From: Thermodesulfovibrio sp.
GTDB taxonomy: Bacteria > Nitrospirota > Thermodesulfovibrionia > Thermodesulfovibrionales > Thermodesulfovibrionaceae
NCBI GenBank assembly: GCA_025057595.1
Contig: JANXBK010000006.1
Coordinates: 5,137-69,136 of the forward strand
DNA: 64,000 nt
Direction of reading: 5' to 3'
The translations under genes and the position numbers were made by a program. Positions 1 through 9,521 of this stretch are shown one piece after another. Within the stretch, counting starts at the first letter, position 1. Each line of letters starts with the position of its first letter. The notes beneath the pieces are model-generated. The model was not told where the DNA came from and did not search any database. It worked only from the letters and a program-made list of their open reading frames with translations.

Positions 1-552
1 TCCAGAAAGAAGAGCAGTAACTGCTTTTGCTACATGCTCGTGATGAGGAGGACATCCACCTATGTAGTAATCCACCTTCACAACCTGATCAAGAGTTCTT
101 GCATCCATAAGTTTTGGAAGCGTCAACTCATACTTGCTGTCAACAACATAACTAGTTTGAGGCAATATTTTTTCAGGATTATCTGTGCTGTATGTATATA
201 TATAAGCTGTTTCCATTAATTCTTCAGTGGTATGTAAATTTACAAGGCTTTTTATACCTCCTAAGGCTGCACATATACCAAAGGCTATAAGAACCTTGCA
301 TTTGTCTCTCATAACCTTTGCAATATGCTCGTGTTCCGAGTTTCTAACATTTCCGCTAAAAAGGCCTACATCAATTGAGCCTGAGGGCATAGCCTCAAGA
401 TCTTTATACTTTGCATCTGCTACTGTTGGAGCCCAGAAAACAATATCTAAAGCCATTGCTACATCAACTAAAGCCTCTGAAAGATCTACAATTGACATAT
501 CACATCCACCACATCCACCAGCTAAATAATATGCAAGTTTTGGTTTAGACAT
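1..552 (-). CDS. mvhG: F420-non-reducing [NiFe]-hydrogenase small subunit (3'-truncated by window edge; absent from ORF track)
   Basis: Manual translation from ATG at 552: MSKPKLAYYLAGGCGGCDMSIVD...FGICAALGGI...GGCPPHHEH. Has CxxC, GxCA and GCPP small-subunit motifs and overlaps the mvhD stop. Confidence 0.85.
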   Translation of the reverse strand, partial: MSKPKLAYYLAGGCGGCDMSIVDLSEALVDVAMALDIVFWAPTVADAKYKDLEAMPSGSIDVGLFSGNVRNSEHEHIAKVMRDKCKVLIAFGICAALGGIKSLVNLHTTEELMETAYIYTYSTDNPEKILPQTSYVVDSKYELTLPKLMDARTLDQVVKVDYYIGGCPPHHEHVAKAVTALLSG

Positions 553-964
553 TTGCCCCCTCCTTCAATGGATTTGGTCCAAGTTGCCTAATTTTAGCAT
601 CAAATTCAGTCATAGCCTCTGCAAATCTTTTACCCTCACTACCAGAAATCCATTCGAGTTGAATTCTCTCAGGCTCAACTCCCAAATCTGTTGCTAATCT
701 CTTAAACAACTTAAATCTTCTAATTGCTTTGTAATTGCCTTCTTTATAATGACAATCACCAAAATGACATCCTCCGATAAATACTCCATCAGCTCCTCTT
801 TTTATAGCTTCTGCTATAAATTCAGGCTCAACCCTTCCACTACATGGAACTCTAATAATATGCACTGTAGGAGGATAGCTATACCTTAAGCTTCCTGCCA
901 GATCTGCTCCCTGATATGTGCACCACTGGCAGGCGATAACAATAATCCTCGGCTCCCAAGCCAT
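545..964 (-). CDS. mvhD: Methyl-viologen-reducing hydrogenase delta subunit ([2Fe-2S])
   Basis: CQWCTYQGADLAG, RVPCSGRV, GCHFGDCHY motifs. Confidence 0.95.
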   Translation of the reverse strand: MAWEPRIIVIACQWCTYQGADLAGSLRYSYPPTVHIIRVPCSGRVEPEFIAEAIKRGADGVFIGGCHFGDCHYKEGNYKAIRRFKLFKRLATDLGVEPERIQLEWISGSEGKRFAEAMTEFDAKIRQLGPNPLKEGANV

Positions 965-965
965 A

Positions 966-1862
966 TTAATTACCTCCTTTTATCTTAGTGATTACTCCAT
1001 TTAAAGGAATTGTCGCTAAAGCTGTGGCTTTCTCTACATCTGCTCCTAAGGCTATAGCTACAAGTTGAGCAATATGAAGTGCAGGAATCTTATAATTCAA
1101 TTTCTTCTGCTCTATCAAAAGTGCCTGTCCGGCATCAAACTGCATCAAACAGGAGTTGCATCCTGTAATACATACATCTGGATCTATTTCTTCTTTTATT
1201 ACGTCAAGTTTCTTTTTGAAAAGGGCAAGAGACTTTGCAGAAGCCTGTGATCTCAATGCTCCCATACCACAACAGTCAGTAATGGTGCTATAATGAGGCG
1301 CTACTCCTCCTAGTGCTTCACATATCTCTCTCATTCTTGTTGGATTAAAAGTATTGTCTTCATTTGTTGGATAAGCTTTACTAGGCCAAAGATTGTGACA
1401 GCCTGTCTGTACAGCACATTTTAATCCATTTAAGTTATATTTAATCTTTGCTTTTAGATTATCGAGACCTATCTCTTCATACAGATAATTAATGACATTC
1501 CAAACTTTACTTGTGCCCTTGTATTCTTTGCCAACTGTTGAAAGAATCTTATTTACCTGTTCTTTAATTTCTGGATGTTTATCCATATGGTATTTTGCTT
1601 CATTTAAAGAGCCGTAGCAAGAACCACATCCTGTAATTATATCAACTCCCTTTTCCTCAGCTATTGTAAGATTCCAAGCTGAAGCTGTTGCCCAACCTAC
1701 TACATCTAAAGAGGGCATAGAGCCAAAGGCTGGACAACAAGTAGCTCCTTCAAGCTCCACTATTTCAACACCAAGTTCATTTAAAAGATATCTTATTGAG
1801 TACTCAACATCTGGTCTATTAAAAGGAATATTGCATCCTAAGAATAATCCTATCTTTTTCAT
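966..1862 (-). CDS. hdrB: Heterodisulfide reductase subunit B
   Basis: Two CCG domains (GC...TCCP...CGSC; GC...DCCG...CNSC). Confidence 0.92.
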   Translation of the reverse strand: MKKIGLFLGCNIPFNRPDVEYSIRYLLNELGVEIVELEGATCCPAFGSMPSLDVVGWATASAWNLTIAEEKGVDIITGCGSCYGSLNEAKYHMDKHPEIKEQVNKILSTVGKEYKGTSKVWNVINYLYEEIGLDNLKAKIKYNLNGLKCAVQTGCHNLWPSKAYPTNEDNTFNPTRMREICEALGGVAPHYSTITDCCGMGALRSQASAKSLALFKKKLDVIKEEIDPDVCITGCNSCLMQFDAGQALLIEQKKLNYKIPALHIAQLVAIALGADVEKATALATIPLNGVITKIKGGN

Positions 1863-1873
1863 TTTTATCCTCC

Positions 1874-2410
1874 TTAATCAAGTGGAAATGGTGCTATTTC
1901 TTCCAGGATTGTCTGTTTTAAGACCTCCTGGTATTTTTTTCTTAATTCATCAAAACTCAAAGCAGTTGGTGGCTTTTCAGGTAATCCAGCCTTCTTTCTT
2001 CTTTCTTCAAAACCTTTTGGAAATACAGCATGACCAAATCTGTAAAGATTTCTTAATCCCTCATAAGTGCTTGCAGGACAAGCCTCAACTCTTACTGCTG
2101 CTCTTCTTACTGCTTGGATTATCTCATAAGGTTTGACATCCATCGGACAAATTTCAACACATCTGTTACAGGACTGACAAGCCCATACTGAAGGATCTTC
2201 AATAAGTATATCTCTTAATCCTAAAGTGGCAGCATGAATTATTCTTTTAATAAAAAACTCAAGTCCTGCTAATGCCATAGGACATGTAGAAGCACACTTC
2301 CCACACTGTATACATTCCTTAAGTTCCTCAGCACCCAATTCAATTAGTTGCTTAATAAAGTCTTCATCACATTGATTTAAATCAATCACATTTACTGTAA
2401 CCTCTTCCAT
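1874..2410 (-). CDS. hdrC: Heterodisulfide reductase subunit C
   Basis: CIQCGKCASTCP and WACQSCNRCVEICP; lies between hdrA and hdrB. Confidence 0.92.
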   Translation of the reverse strand: MEEVTVNVIDLNQCDEDFIKQLIELGAEELKECIQCGKCASTCPMALAGLEFFIKRIIHAATLGLRDILIEDPSVWACQSCNRCVEICPMDVKPYEIIQAVRRAAVRVEACPASTYEGLRNLYRFGHAVFPKGFEERRKKAGLPEKPPTALSFDELRKKYQEVLKQTILEEIAPFPLD

Positions 2411-2432
2411 CTTTAATCCTCCTTAAATATTT

Positions 2433-4433
2433 TTATACCTCAGTTAAAGCCTCAATCTGTGCCAGTATTTGTTCTGTTGTATATCCATGGAATACAATAG
2501 CTCTTGATGGACATGCACTAGCACACACTCCGCAACCAGCACAGAGTGCAGGCTCTATTTTTGCCTTATCCTTGCCTTTGTATTCTTCAAGTCTTATTGC
2601 ATTATATGGACATAGAGGAACACAAACTCCGCAACTGCTACATTTATCTCTGTCAACCTCTGAAATAATAGCTTCAAACTTAATCTTACCAGGAATTACT
2701 AATGCAGCTGCTGCAGCGGCTGCTGCACGTGATTGTGCAATTGACTCAGGGATATCTTTTGGTCCTTGAACACATCCAGCTATGAATACACCCTTAGCAG
2801 CTGTTTCCACTGGATAAAGCTTAGTATGAACTTCTCTTAAAAATCCTTCTCTACCACAGGTTGCTGCAAATAGTCTTCCAAGCTCTTCAGTACCCTCAGG
2901 AGGCTCAATTGCTGTAGCGAGAACAACCATGTCTGCCTCAAGTTCTACAGGTGAGCAAAGATCCACATCAAATCCTCTTACTCTTAGTTTTCCATTAGGT
3001 TTTACATCAACTGCCGAGACTCTCCCACCCCTTATTACTTTAACTCCTAACTGTTTTGTATAAACATAAAACTCCTCAAAGTCTTTTCCTGCTGTTCTTA
3101 CATCTATAAAGAACAGATAAAGCTTTATATCAGGATATTTTTCTTTAAGAATTCTTGCATGTTTAAACATATACATGCAGCAGACTTTCGAACAGTAAGA
3201 GTGATATCTTTCGTCTCGGCTACCTACACAAGAGATAAATGCTATCGTTTTTGGCTTTGTACCATCTGAAGGCCTTTTAAGCTCGCCTTCTGTAGGACCT
3301 GTTGCGGAAAGTATTCTTTCAAACTCCATAGCTGTAACAACATCTGGACTATGAGGTGAGTATTCTTTAAAGTGAGTTTTATCCATAACTTTGTATCCTG
3401 TTGCAAGTATAACTGCTCCGACTTTCAATGTCACATACTCGTCTTTGTCATCAAACTTTATAGCATCTGCGGGACATCCCTGTATTCCTTTAGGAGGAAT
3501 TCCTTTCTTACATATTTCACATGCTGGCTTCCCTGTTTTCTTCAGTGATTTAAAATACAAACAGTTTGGCGCATCTATTACTGCCTTCTTTGGAACAGCC
3601 TGTGGAAACTCAATATATGCAGCTCTTCTCTGATCCATACCAAAGTTATACTCATTGGGAACTCTTGCTGGACAAATCTGTGTGCATACGCCACATCCTG
3701 TACATTTGTCCCAATCAATATATCTTGCTTTTTTTCTGACTCTTATATCAAAATTTCCAACATATCCTTTTACCTCATCGACTTCTGCATAAGTAATAAG
3801 CTCAATATTTGGATGCTGAGCTACCTCCACCATCTTTGGAGTAAGAATACAGGCTGAGCAATCCATTGTTGGAAATGTTTTATCAAGTTTTATCATATTT
3901 CCACCAATTGAAGGCTGTCTTTCCACAAGATAGACTTTAAGACCCATATTAGCGAGATCTAATGCTGCAAACATTCCTGCAACACCACCACCAACAACCA
4001 TTACTGATTTTTCTACATCTCCATAACGATCATACAGAGGCTCAGCAAGCCTTACTTTTGCAACCGCACTTTTTATTAATCTCTTTGCTTTCTCTGTAGC
4101 TCCGGATTTATCATGCCAGTGAGCCCAGCTGTCTTGATCTCTTATGTTTGCCATCTCTAGGAAATATCTATTAAGACCAGCTGCTTCTACAGCATCTCTA
4201 AAAATAGGCTCATGAGTTCTTGGTGTACATGCAGCAACTACGACTCTATCTACGAGCCCGTCTTTAATGTCCTGTTTAATAAGATCTTGTCCTGGATCTG
4301 AACACATAAATACATAGTTTTTTACAACAACCACATCTGGGAGAGTTTGAGAGTATTTAACAACTTCTTCAATATTTACAGCACCGGCAATATTCTCTCC
4401 ACAGTGACATACATAAACTCCTATCTTTGCCAT
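2433..4433 (-). CDS. hdrA: Heterodisulfide reductase subunit A (FAD, Fe-S)
   Basis: GVYVCHCG N-terminus, GGGVAG FAD motif, FPTMDCSAC, CSKVCCMY, two ferredoxin domains. Confidence 0.96.
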   Translation of the reverse strand: MAKIGVYVCHCGENIAGAVNIEEVVKYSQTLPDVVVVKNYVFMCSDPGQDLIKQDIKDGLVDRVVVAACTPRTHEPIFRDAVEAAGLNRYFLEMANIRDQDSWAHWHDKSGATEKAKRLIKSAVAKVRLAEPLYDRYGDVEKSVMVVGGGVAGMFAALDLANMGLKVYLVERQPSIGGNMIKLDKTFPTMDCSACILTPKMVEVAQHPNIELITYAEVDEVKGYVGNFDIRVRKKARYIDWDKCTGCGVCTQICPARVPNEYNFGMDQRRAAYIEFPQAVPKKAVIDAPNCLYFKSLKKTGKPACEICKKGIPPKGIQGCPADAIKFDDKDEYVTLKVGAVILATGYKVMDKTHFKEYSPHSPDVVTAMEFERILSATGPTEGELKRPSDGTKPKTIAFISCVGSRDERYHSYCSKVCCMYMFKHARILKEKYPDIKLYLFFIDVRTAGKDFEEFYVYTKQLGVKVIRGGRVSAVDVKPNGKLRVRGFDVDLCSPVELEADMVVLATAIEPPEGTEELGRLFAATCGREGFLREVHTKLYPVETAAKGVFIAGCVQGPKDIPESIAQSRAAAAAAAALVIPGKIKFEAIISEVDRDKCSSCGVCVPLCPYNAIRLEEYKGKDKAKIEPALCAGCGVCASACPSRAIVFHGYTTEQILAQIEALTEV

Positions 4434-4522
4434 TTTTTAACCCCCTTTAGTTAGGATAAAATTTTGTAGTTTACACTTTTTACCACTTTTTAATAATTTT
4501 GTCAAGTATTTTTTTTAATGTC

Positions 4523-4552
4523 TTGCAAAATATTTATTTTTTATGATATTTT
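4523..4552 (+). promoter_or_regulatory. Putative sigma70 promoter of tRNA-Leu
   Basis: TTGCAA(4523-28)-18 bp-TATTTT(4547-52) with extended TG; tRNA starts 7 nt downstream. Confidence 0.5.
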
Positions 4553-4558
4553 TTTACA

Positions 4559-4641
4559 GCCGGTGTGGTGGAATGGCAGACGCGGCGGACTCAAAATCCG
4601 CTGGGAGCAATCCCGTGTGGGTTCAAATCCCACCACCGGCA
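4559..4641 (+). tRNA. tRNA-Leu (anticodon CAA), CCA not encoded
   Basis: GCCGGTG/CACCGGC acceptor stem, GCGGA-CT-CAA-AA-TCCGC anticodon arm, long variable arm, GTTCAAATC T-loop. Confidence 0.96.
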
Positions 4642-4671
4642 TTTTTAATATAAGAAGTCGTAGAGGAAGAT

Positions 4672-5226
4672 TTGGAAGATTTTCTTGAAGTAGTTGATAA
4701 AGAAGGAAAAGTGCTCTCATTAGCTCCAAAAAGTCTTATTCATAAAAATCCTTCGATGCTCCATAAGGTTGTTCATGTAATAGTTTTTAACTCAAAGGGA
4801 GAGATACTTCTTCAGAAACGCTCCTATCATAAGGATGTAGTAGTTGAAAAGTGGAACACTTCTGTAGAAGGACATGTAATGCCTGGAGAAAGCCTTTTTG
4901 CTGCCGCAAAAAGAAAGCTCTTCGAAGAACTTGGAATTCTTACTGATAGTATTTTTTTTCTTTTTACCTATATCTTTTCAAACGACTTTGAAAGTGAACT
5001 AGTTTACACTTATTTTACAGTTCATGACGGTCCTTTTAATTTTAATAGGAAGGAGGTCAGAGAGATAGCCTTCTGGAGAATTGATGATATTCAAAAACAA
5101 TTAAAAACTGATATATTCACCGACAGCTTTAGACAAGAATTTATAAATTACCTTCATATATGTATATATAGTGGGTTCAACTTAAACTTATATGTTACTG
5201 AGAATAAAGAAGGCCTCCCTTTTTGA
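4672..5226 (+). CDS. Nudix hydrolase (YfcD/IDI-like), degenerate; possible incipient pseudogene
   Basis: Nudix box [23 protein letters not shown] has K at a conserved Glu; LLQKRS motif present. Confidence 0.75.
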   Translation: MEDFLEVVDKEGKVLSLAPKSLIHKNPSMLHKVVHVIVFNSKGEILLQKRSYHKDVVVEKWNTSVEGHVMPGESLFAAAKRKLFEELGILTDSIFFLFTYIFSNDFESELVYTYFTVHDGPFNFNRKEVREIAFWRIDDIQKQLKTDIFTDSFRQEFINYLHICIYSGFNLNLYVTENKEGLPF

Positions 5227-5236
5227 AGGCCTTCTT
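5202..5236 (-). terminator. Rho-independent terminator after ndk (possibly bidirectional)
   Basis: Inverted repeat AAGAAGGCCT(5207-16)/AGGCCTTCTT(5227-36), followed by a T-rich tail on the minus strand. Confidence 0.7.
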
Positions 5237-5241
5237 AAGAT

Positions 5242-5658
5242 TTAAAAAATCTCTAAAAAAGAAAAAAAGTAGGCTATTTCATAGGCTGCTGATTCAGAGG
5301 AATCTGAACCATGCACAGCATTTCTTTCAATACTTTCTCCAAAATCTCTTCTTATTGTTCCTTTTTCTGCTTCAGAAGGATTTGTAGCTCCCATGATTTT
5401 TCTTACCTCTGATATAGCATTCTTTCCTTCTAAAACCATTACAACAACAGGACCTTCTGACATAAAGTTAGTTAAAGATTCATAAAAGGGTTTATCTTTA
5501 TGAACTATATAAAATCCCTTTGCTTGCTCTTTTGTAAGATGTATCCTTTTTAATGCAGCTATCCTAAGGCCTCCTTTTTCAAATCTTGAGATTATCTCAC
5601 CTACTATATTTTTTTTAACAGCGTCAGGTTTTATTATTACTAAAGTTCTCTCAATCAT
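5242..5658 (-). CDS. ndk: Nucleoside diphosphate kinase
   Basis: [21 protein letters not shown]. Confidence 0.97.
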   Translation of the reverse strand: MIERTLVIIKPDAVKKNIVGEIISRFEKGGLRIAALKRIHLTKEQAKGFYIVHKDKPFYESLTNFMSEGPVVVMVLEGKNAISEVRKIMGATNPSEAEKGTIRRDFGESIERNAVHGSDSSESAAYEIAYFFSFLEIF

Positions 5659-6593
5659 ATTCTGCCCTCCTGCCTAAGAATATCTATCATCGCTCTGACT
5701 TCTTGAGTTGAGTTTTCAAAGGCAGCTTTCTCCTCCTCTGTTAAATCAACCTCTATAATTTTTTCAACTCCACTCTTACCTAAAATAACCGGAACTCCGT
5801 TAAAAACATCTACTGCACCATATTCTCCTTGAAGATAAACTGAGCAAGGAAGAAGTCTTTTTTCATCAAGAATTATTGCTTTAATCATCTCAAATGTAGA
5901 TTGAGCTGGAGCATAGTAGGCTGAACCTGTCTTTAGGAGTGCAACAATTTCTGCTCCTCCTTCTCTTGTTCTTTGAACAAGGGCTTCAATTCTTTCTTTT
6001 GGAATAATTTTAGTTATCGGAACTCCCTTTACAGTTGTAAATCTTACAAGTGGCACCATATAAAGACCATGCCCGCCAAGAATTATTGTCTCTACATCTT
6101 TTGGAGATACGCCAAGCTCCATAGCTATAAAAGTTTTAAACCTTGCAGAATCAAGAATTCCACCCATACCTATAACTCTTTGTCTACTTACCTGAGAGAT
6201 AACATAGGTTAAATAAGCCATTACATCCATAGGATTTGTAACAACTATGTAGAAGGCTTCGGGACAAATCTGGGAAACTGTCTTTACAATTCCTCCTACA
6301 ATATCTGCATTTACCATGAGCAAATCTTTTCTTCTCATCCCTGGCTTTCTTGCAACACCCGCTGTAATAACTAAAATATTTGAGCCAGCAAGATCTTCAA
6401 GATTATTAGTTCCATATATAAAAGAGGTGACTCCTGTAACTGCTGTGCCTTGAAGAATATCAAGAGCTTTACCTTGTGGCATTCCTTCTACAATATCATA
6501 TAAAACAACATCTGCAAGCCCGCTTTGTACAATACATAAGGCAAGAGTGCCTCCTACATTTCCTGCTCCTATAACTCCGATTTTCTTTCTCAT
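5655..6593 (-). CDS. mdh: Malate dehydrogenase (LDH-like)
   Basis: GAGNVG, ARKPGM (Arg specificity residue), [14 protein letters not shown]. Confidence 0.9.
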   Translation of the reverse strand: MRKKIGVIGAGNVGGTLALCIVQSGLADVVLYDIVEGMPQGKALDILQGTAVTGVTSFIYGTNNLEDLAGSNILVITAGVARKPGMRRKDLLMVNADIVGGIVKTVSQICPEAFYIVVTNPMDVMAYLTYVISQVSRQRVIGMGGILDSARFKTFIAMELGVSPKDVETIILGGHGLYMVPLVRFTTVKGVPITKIIPKERIEALVQRTREGGAEIVALLKTGSAYYAPAQSTFEMIKAIILDEKRLLPCSVYLQGEYGAVDVFNGVPVILGKSGVEKIIEVDLTEEEKAAFENSTQEVRAMIDILRQEGRI

Positions 6594-7504
6594 TCTATCT
6601 CCTCCTTCAGAGTCTGAATATCTTTAATTTTTTCTATATTAAAAATTTTAACTTCTGGAGAAATTCTTTTTATCAGTCCTGCTAAAACTTTCCCAGGACC
6701 TATTTCAAAAAAGGTGTTCACTCCTTTTGAAATCATATATTTAACACAGTCTTGCCACAGAACAGAACTGTAAAGTTGTTTTATAAAGCTTTCAAAGATC
6801 TCTTGAGAGTTTGTCTTTTGAATTGCATCTACATTGGTTACAATAGGTATGTTTGCATTACTAAACTTAAAGTGAGAGAGAAAATCTCTGAAAAGCTCTG
6901 ATGCTTCCTTCATAAGCAGACAGTGGGAAGGTACACTTACTTGAAGTAAAACAACTTTCTTTGCTCCCCTTTGTTTTGCAAGTTCCGTAGCTTCCTGCAC
7001 AGCTTGTCTTTCACCAGAGATTACTAATTGACCTGGACAGTTAAAATTTGCTATGTCAACATAGCCAGATTTAACACTTCTGCAAATATTTTTTACCTCC
7101 TCTTCATCCACTCCTAAAACTGCAGCCATAGCACCTTTGCCTTCAGGTTGAGCTTGTTGCATTAATTCCCCCCTTTTTCTTGTTATTTTGACTCCATCAG
7201 CAAAAGAAAAAACTCCTGCTACAGCAGCGGCAGTATACTCTCCGAGAGAGTGTCCACACAGATAATCCGGTTTTATACCTGCTTTTAGAACCTCTTTTGC
7301 TAAAATATAAGAAACTGTAAAAATAGCTGGCTGAGTATTTTCAGTTTTATTTAGCTCAATTTCGGGTCCTTCAACACAAAGACTGTACAAATCAAAACCT
7401 ACAATTTTACTTGCCTCTCTAAATAAATCTTCTGCTACCTCTAATAAATCTTTTCCCATACCTATATATTGAGAACCCTGACCAGGAAAGACAAAAGCCT
7501 TCAT
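6590..7504 (-). CDS. fabD: Malonyl-CoA:ACP transacylase
   Basis: FPGQGSQ, GHSLGEY, EIGPGKVL. Confidence 0.96.
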   Translation of the reverse strand: MKAFVFPGQGSQYIGMGKDLLEVAEDLFREASKIVGFDLYSLCVEGPEIELNKTENTQPAIFTVSYILAKEVLKAGIKPDYLCGHSLGEYTAAAVAGVFSFADGVKITRKRGELMQQAQPEGKGAMAAVLGVDEEEVKNICRSVKSGYVDIANFNCPGQLVISGERQAVQEATELAKQRGAKKVVLLQVSVPSHCLLMKEASELFRDFLSHFKFSNANIPIVTNVDAIQKTNSQEIFESFIKQLYSSVLWQDCVKYMISKGVNTFFEIGPGKVLAGLIKRISPEVKIFNIEKIKDIQTLKEEIE

Positions 7505-8682
7505 TCAATAACTCCTTCCCTAATCTTTTTAATAAGTAAAGGAATTATCTCCCTTAAATCTCCCACTATACCATAGGTGGCAACATTAAATATTGGTGCA
7601 TTTGGATCCTTATTTATTGCAACAATTATATCGCTTGATTGCATTCCTACTAAATGCTGCACAGCTCCAGAGATGCCACAGGCTATATAAAGTTTTGGAC
7701 AAACAGTTTTTCCAGTCTGCCCGACTTGATAAGCATAAGGAATCCAACCCTCATCCACAGCTGCACGAGATGCTCCAACTGTACCACCCAGTAGATTAGC
7801 AAGCTCCCATAACATTTTGAATCCTTCAGGCCCTCCAACACCTCTTCCTCCAGAAACTATAACTTTTGCATCCTGAAGACTCACCTTACAGAAAGAGATG
7901 TCTTCAACTCTTTCAAGAATTCTTACTTTATCTGAAGGTCTTAAAGGCTCGATATTTATAATCTCTCCTTTTCTTTTAGGATCGTACTCACCTCTTTTCA
8001 TAACTCGAGGTCTTACTGTTGCAATTTGGGGACGACTATTTGGAGACACTACTGTTGCCATTATATTTCCACCAAAAGCAGGACGAATCTGAAGTAAATT
8101 TCTTGTCTCCTTTTCTATCTCAAGCCCTGTACAGTCAGCAGTAAGTCCTGCTCTTAAAGAAGCTGCAACTCTTGGAATAAAAGATCGCCCTATAGCAGTA
8201 GCACCTGCAAGTAGAATTTCTGGTTTATAAGTCTTAATCAGTTGAACAAGAGTTTTTGAATATAGCTTATCATCTAAATAACTGTACTCAGAGGCAGAAA
8301 CATAGTATACTTTATCTGCCCCCCATTTAATTAATTCTTCCACTTCATCTGTTTTACCAAAAACTACCGCAGAAAGCTCTACATTAAGAGTATCTGCAAG
8401 CCTTCTACCTATACCTAAAAGCTCATAGGCTACAGATGCGATCTTTCCATCTCTTTGTTCTGCGAAAATCCATACTCCTTTGTACTCTTCACTTATTTTT
8501 TTCTCTTTTACCCGTTCATCAATAATGGCTTCTTCAGGACAAGACTCTATACAGGCACCACAGAGATTACATGCTTCATTTATTCTAGCTTTATTGTCTT
8601 CAATTAATATTGCTCCAAAGGGACAAGCATTTACACAACTGCCACATCCATTACATTTTTCAATATTAATCTTTATATACAT
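7501..8682 (-). CDS. etfA: Electron transfer flavoprotein alpha subunit with N-terminal 2[4Fe-4S] ferredoxin
   Basis: CNGCGSCVNACP/CNLCGACIESCP; QVGQTGKTV, GISGAVQH. Confidence 0.95.
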   Translation of the reverse strand: MYIKINIEKCNGCGSCVNACPFGAILIEDNKARINEACNLCGACIESCPEEAIIDERVKEKKISEEYKGVWIFAEQRDGKIASVAYELLGIGRRLADTLNVELSAVVFGKTDEVEELIKWGADKVYYVSASEYSYLDDKLYSKTLVQLIKTYKPEILLAGATAIGRSFIPRVAASLRAGLTADCTGLEIEKETRNLLQIRPAFGGNIMATVVSPNSRPQIATVRPRVMKRGEYDPKRKGEIINIEPLRPSDKVRILERVEDISFCKVSLQDAKVIVSGGRGVGGPEGFKMLWELANLLGGTVGASRAAVDEGWIPYAYQVGQTGKTVCPKLYIACGISGAVQHLVGMQSSDIIVAINKDPNAPIFNVATYGIVGDLREIIPLLIKKIREGVIE

Positions 8683-9455
8683 CCTAACCTCCTTAACTCT
8701 CTAAGAAGAGTTGTTACTTGTTCTTCTGGAGTTCCCTCAAGTATTCTTCTTTCTCCTCTTGGTGGAGGTGCAAAGATATTTTTAACCATTGTGGGAGAAC
8801 CCTTAAGTCCAACTTTATCTTCTTCTGCACCTATCTCCTCTAATCCCCATTTGGGAATCTCTGCTTTTTTTGCTATCATTCTACCTCTAATAGAGGGAGG
8901 TCTTGGAGTGTTTAACTCTTTTACAACAGTAATTAAGGCTGGTAGTTTTAGCCAGACTTTCTCATAACAGTCATCCATCAGTCTTTCAACGATCATATCT
9001 TCCTTAGTAATCTTTTCAATCTTTCTTACATAGCAAACATGAGGTATATCAAGAAATTCAGCCATCTCTGGTCCAACTTGAGCAGTATCTCCGTCTATCG
9101 CCTGTTTACCACATATTATTAAATCAAAACCAAGTTTTTCGGCAGCTTTTGAAAGTGTGTACGCTGTTGCCCACGTATCAGCACCTGCAAAACGTTTATC
9201 AGTAAGCAAAACTGCTTCATCAACTCCCATAGAGATCGCTTCTTTTAATATCTCCTCTGCTTGAGGAGGTCCCATCGTAATAGCAGTTACTTTACCACCT
9301 AAAAACTCCTTAATCTGAAGTGCAGCTTCAATAGCATGATAATCATAAGGATTCATAATACTTGGAACTCCTTCTCTGATGAGAGTATTCGTCTGCGGAT
9401 CGATTCTAACCTCTGTAACATCTGGAACTTGTTTAATGCAAACAATGATTTTCAT
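8673..9455 (-). CDS. etfB: Electron transfer flavoprotein beta subunit
   Basis: CIKQVPD, NPYD, GADTWAT, GKQAIDGDTAQVG. Confidence 0.95.
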   Translation of the reverse strand: MKIIVCIKQVPDVTEVRIDPQTNTLIREGVPSIMNPYDYHAIEAALQIKEFLGGKVTAITMGPPQAEEILKEAISMGVDEAVLLTDKRFAGADTWATAYTLSKAAEKLGFDLIICGKQAIDGDTAQVGPEMAEFLDIPHVCYVRKIEKITKEDMIVERLMDDCYEKVWLKLPALITVVKELNTPRPPSIRGRMIAKKAEIPKWGLEEIGAEEDKVGLKGSPTMVKNIFAPPPRGERRILEGTPEEQVTTLLRELRRLGCI

Positions 9456-9490
9456 CTATTCCTCCAAGAAGGATTTAAATTTAAAAATTA

Positions 9491-9499
9491 ATTATAACA
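9491..9499 (-). promoter_or_regulatory. Extended -10 promoter for the etf operon
   Basis: TG-T-TATAAT on the minus strand about 35 nt upstream of the etfB ATG. Confidence 0.5.
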
Positions 9500-9521
9500 T
9501 TAAATTTTAAAAAGATGACAA

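Noticed and set aside
34-529. Plus-strand ORFs 34..219 and 227..529
   Set aside because: Antisense shadows of mvhG, which has clear hydrogenase motifs on the minus strand
545-4433. Selenocysteine read-through in hdrA or mvhD
   Set aside because: ORFs are full length with Cys at the relevant positions and no in-frame TGA
4559-4700. tRNA-Leu as a possible island integration site
   Set aside because: No integrase and no duplicated tRNA 3' end seen nearby
4541-4729. 62-aa minus-strand ORF
   Set aside because: Antisense to tRNA-Leu; a typical spurious tRNA-shadow ORF
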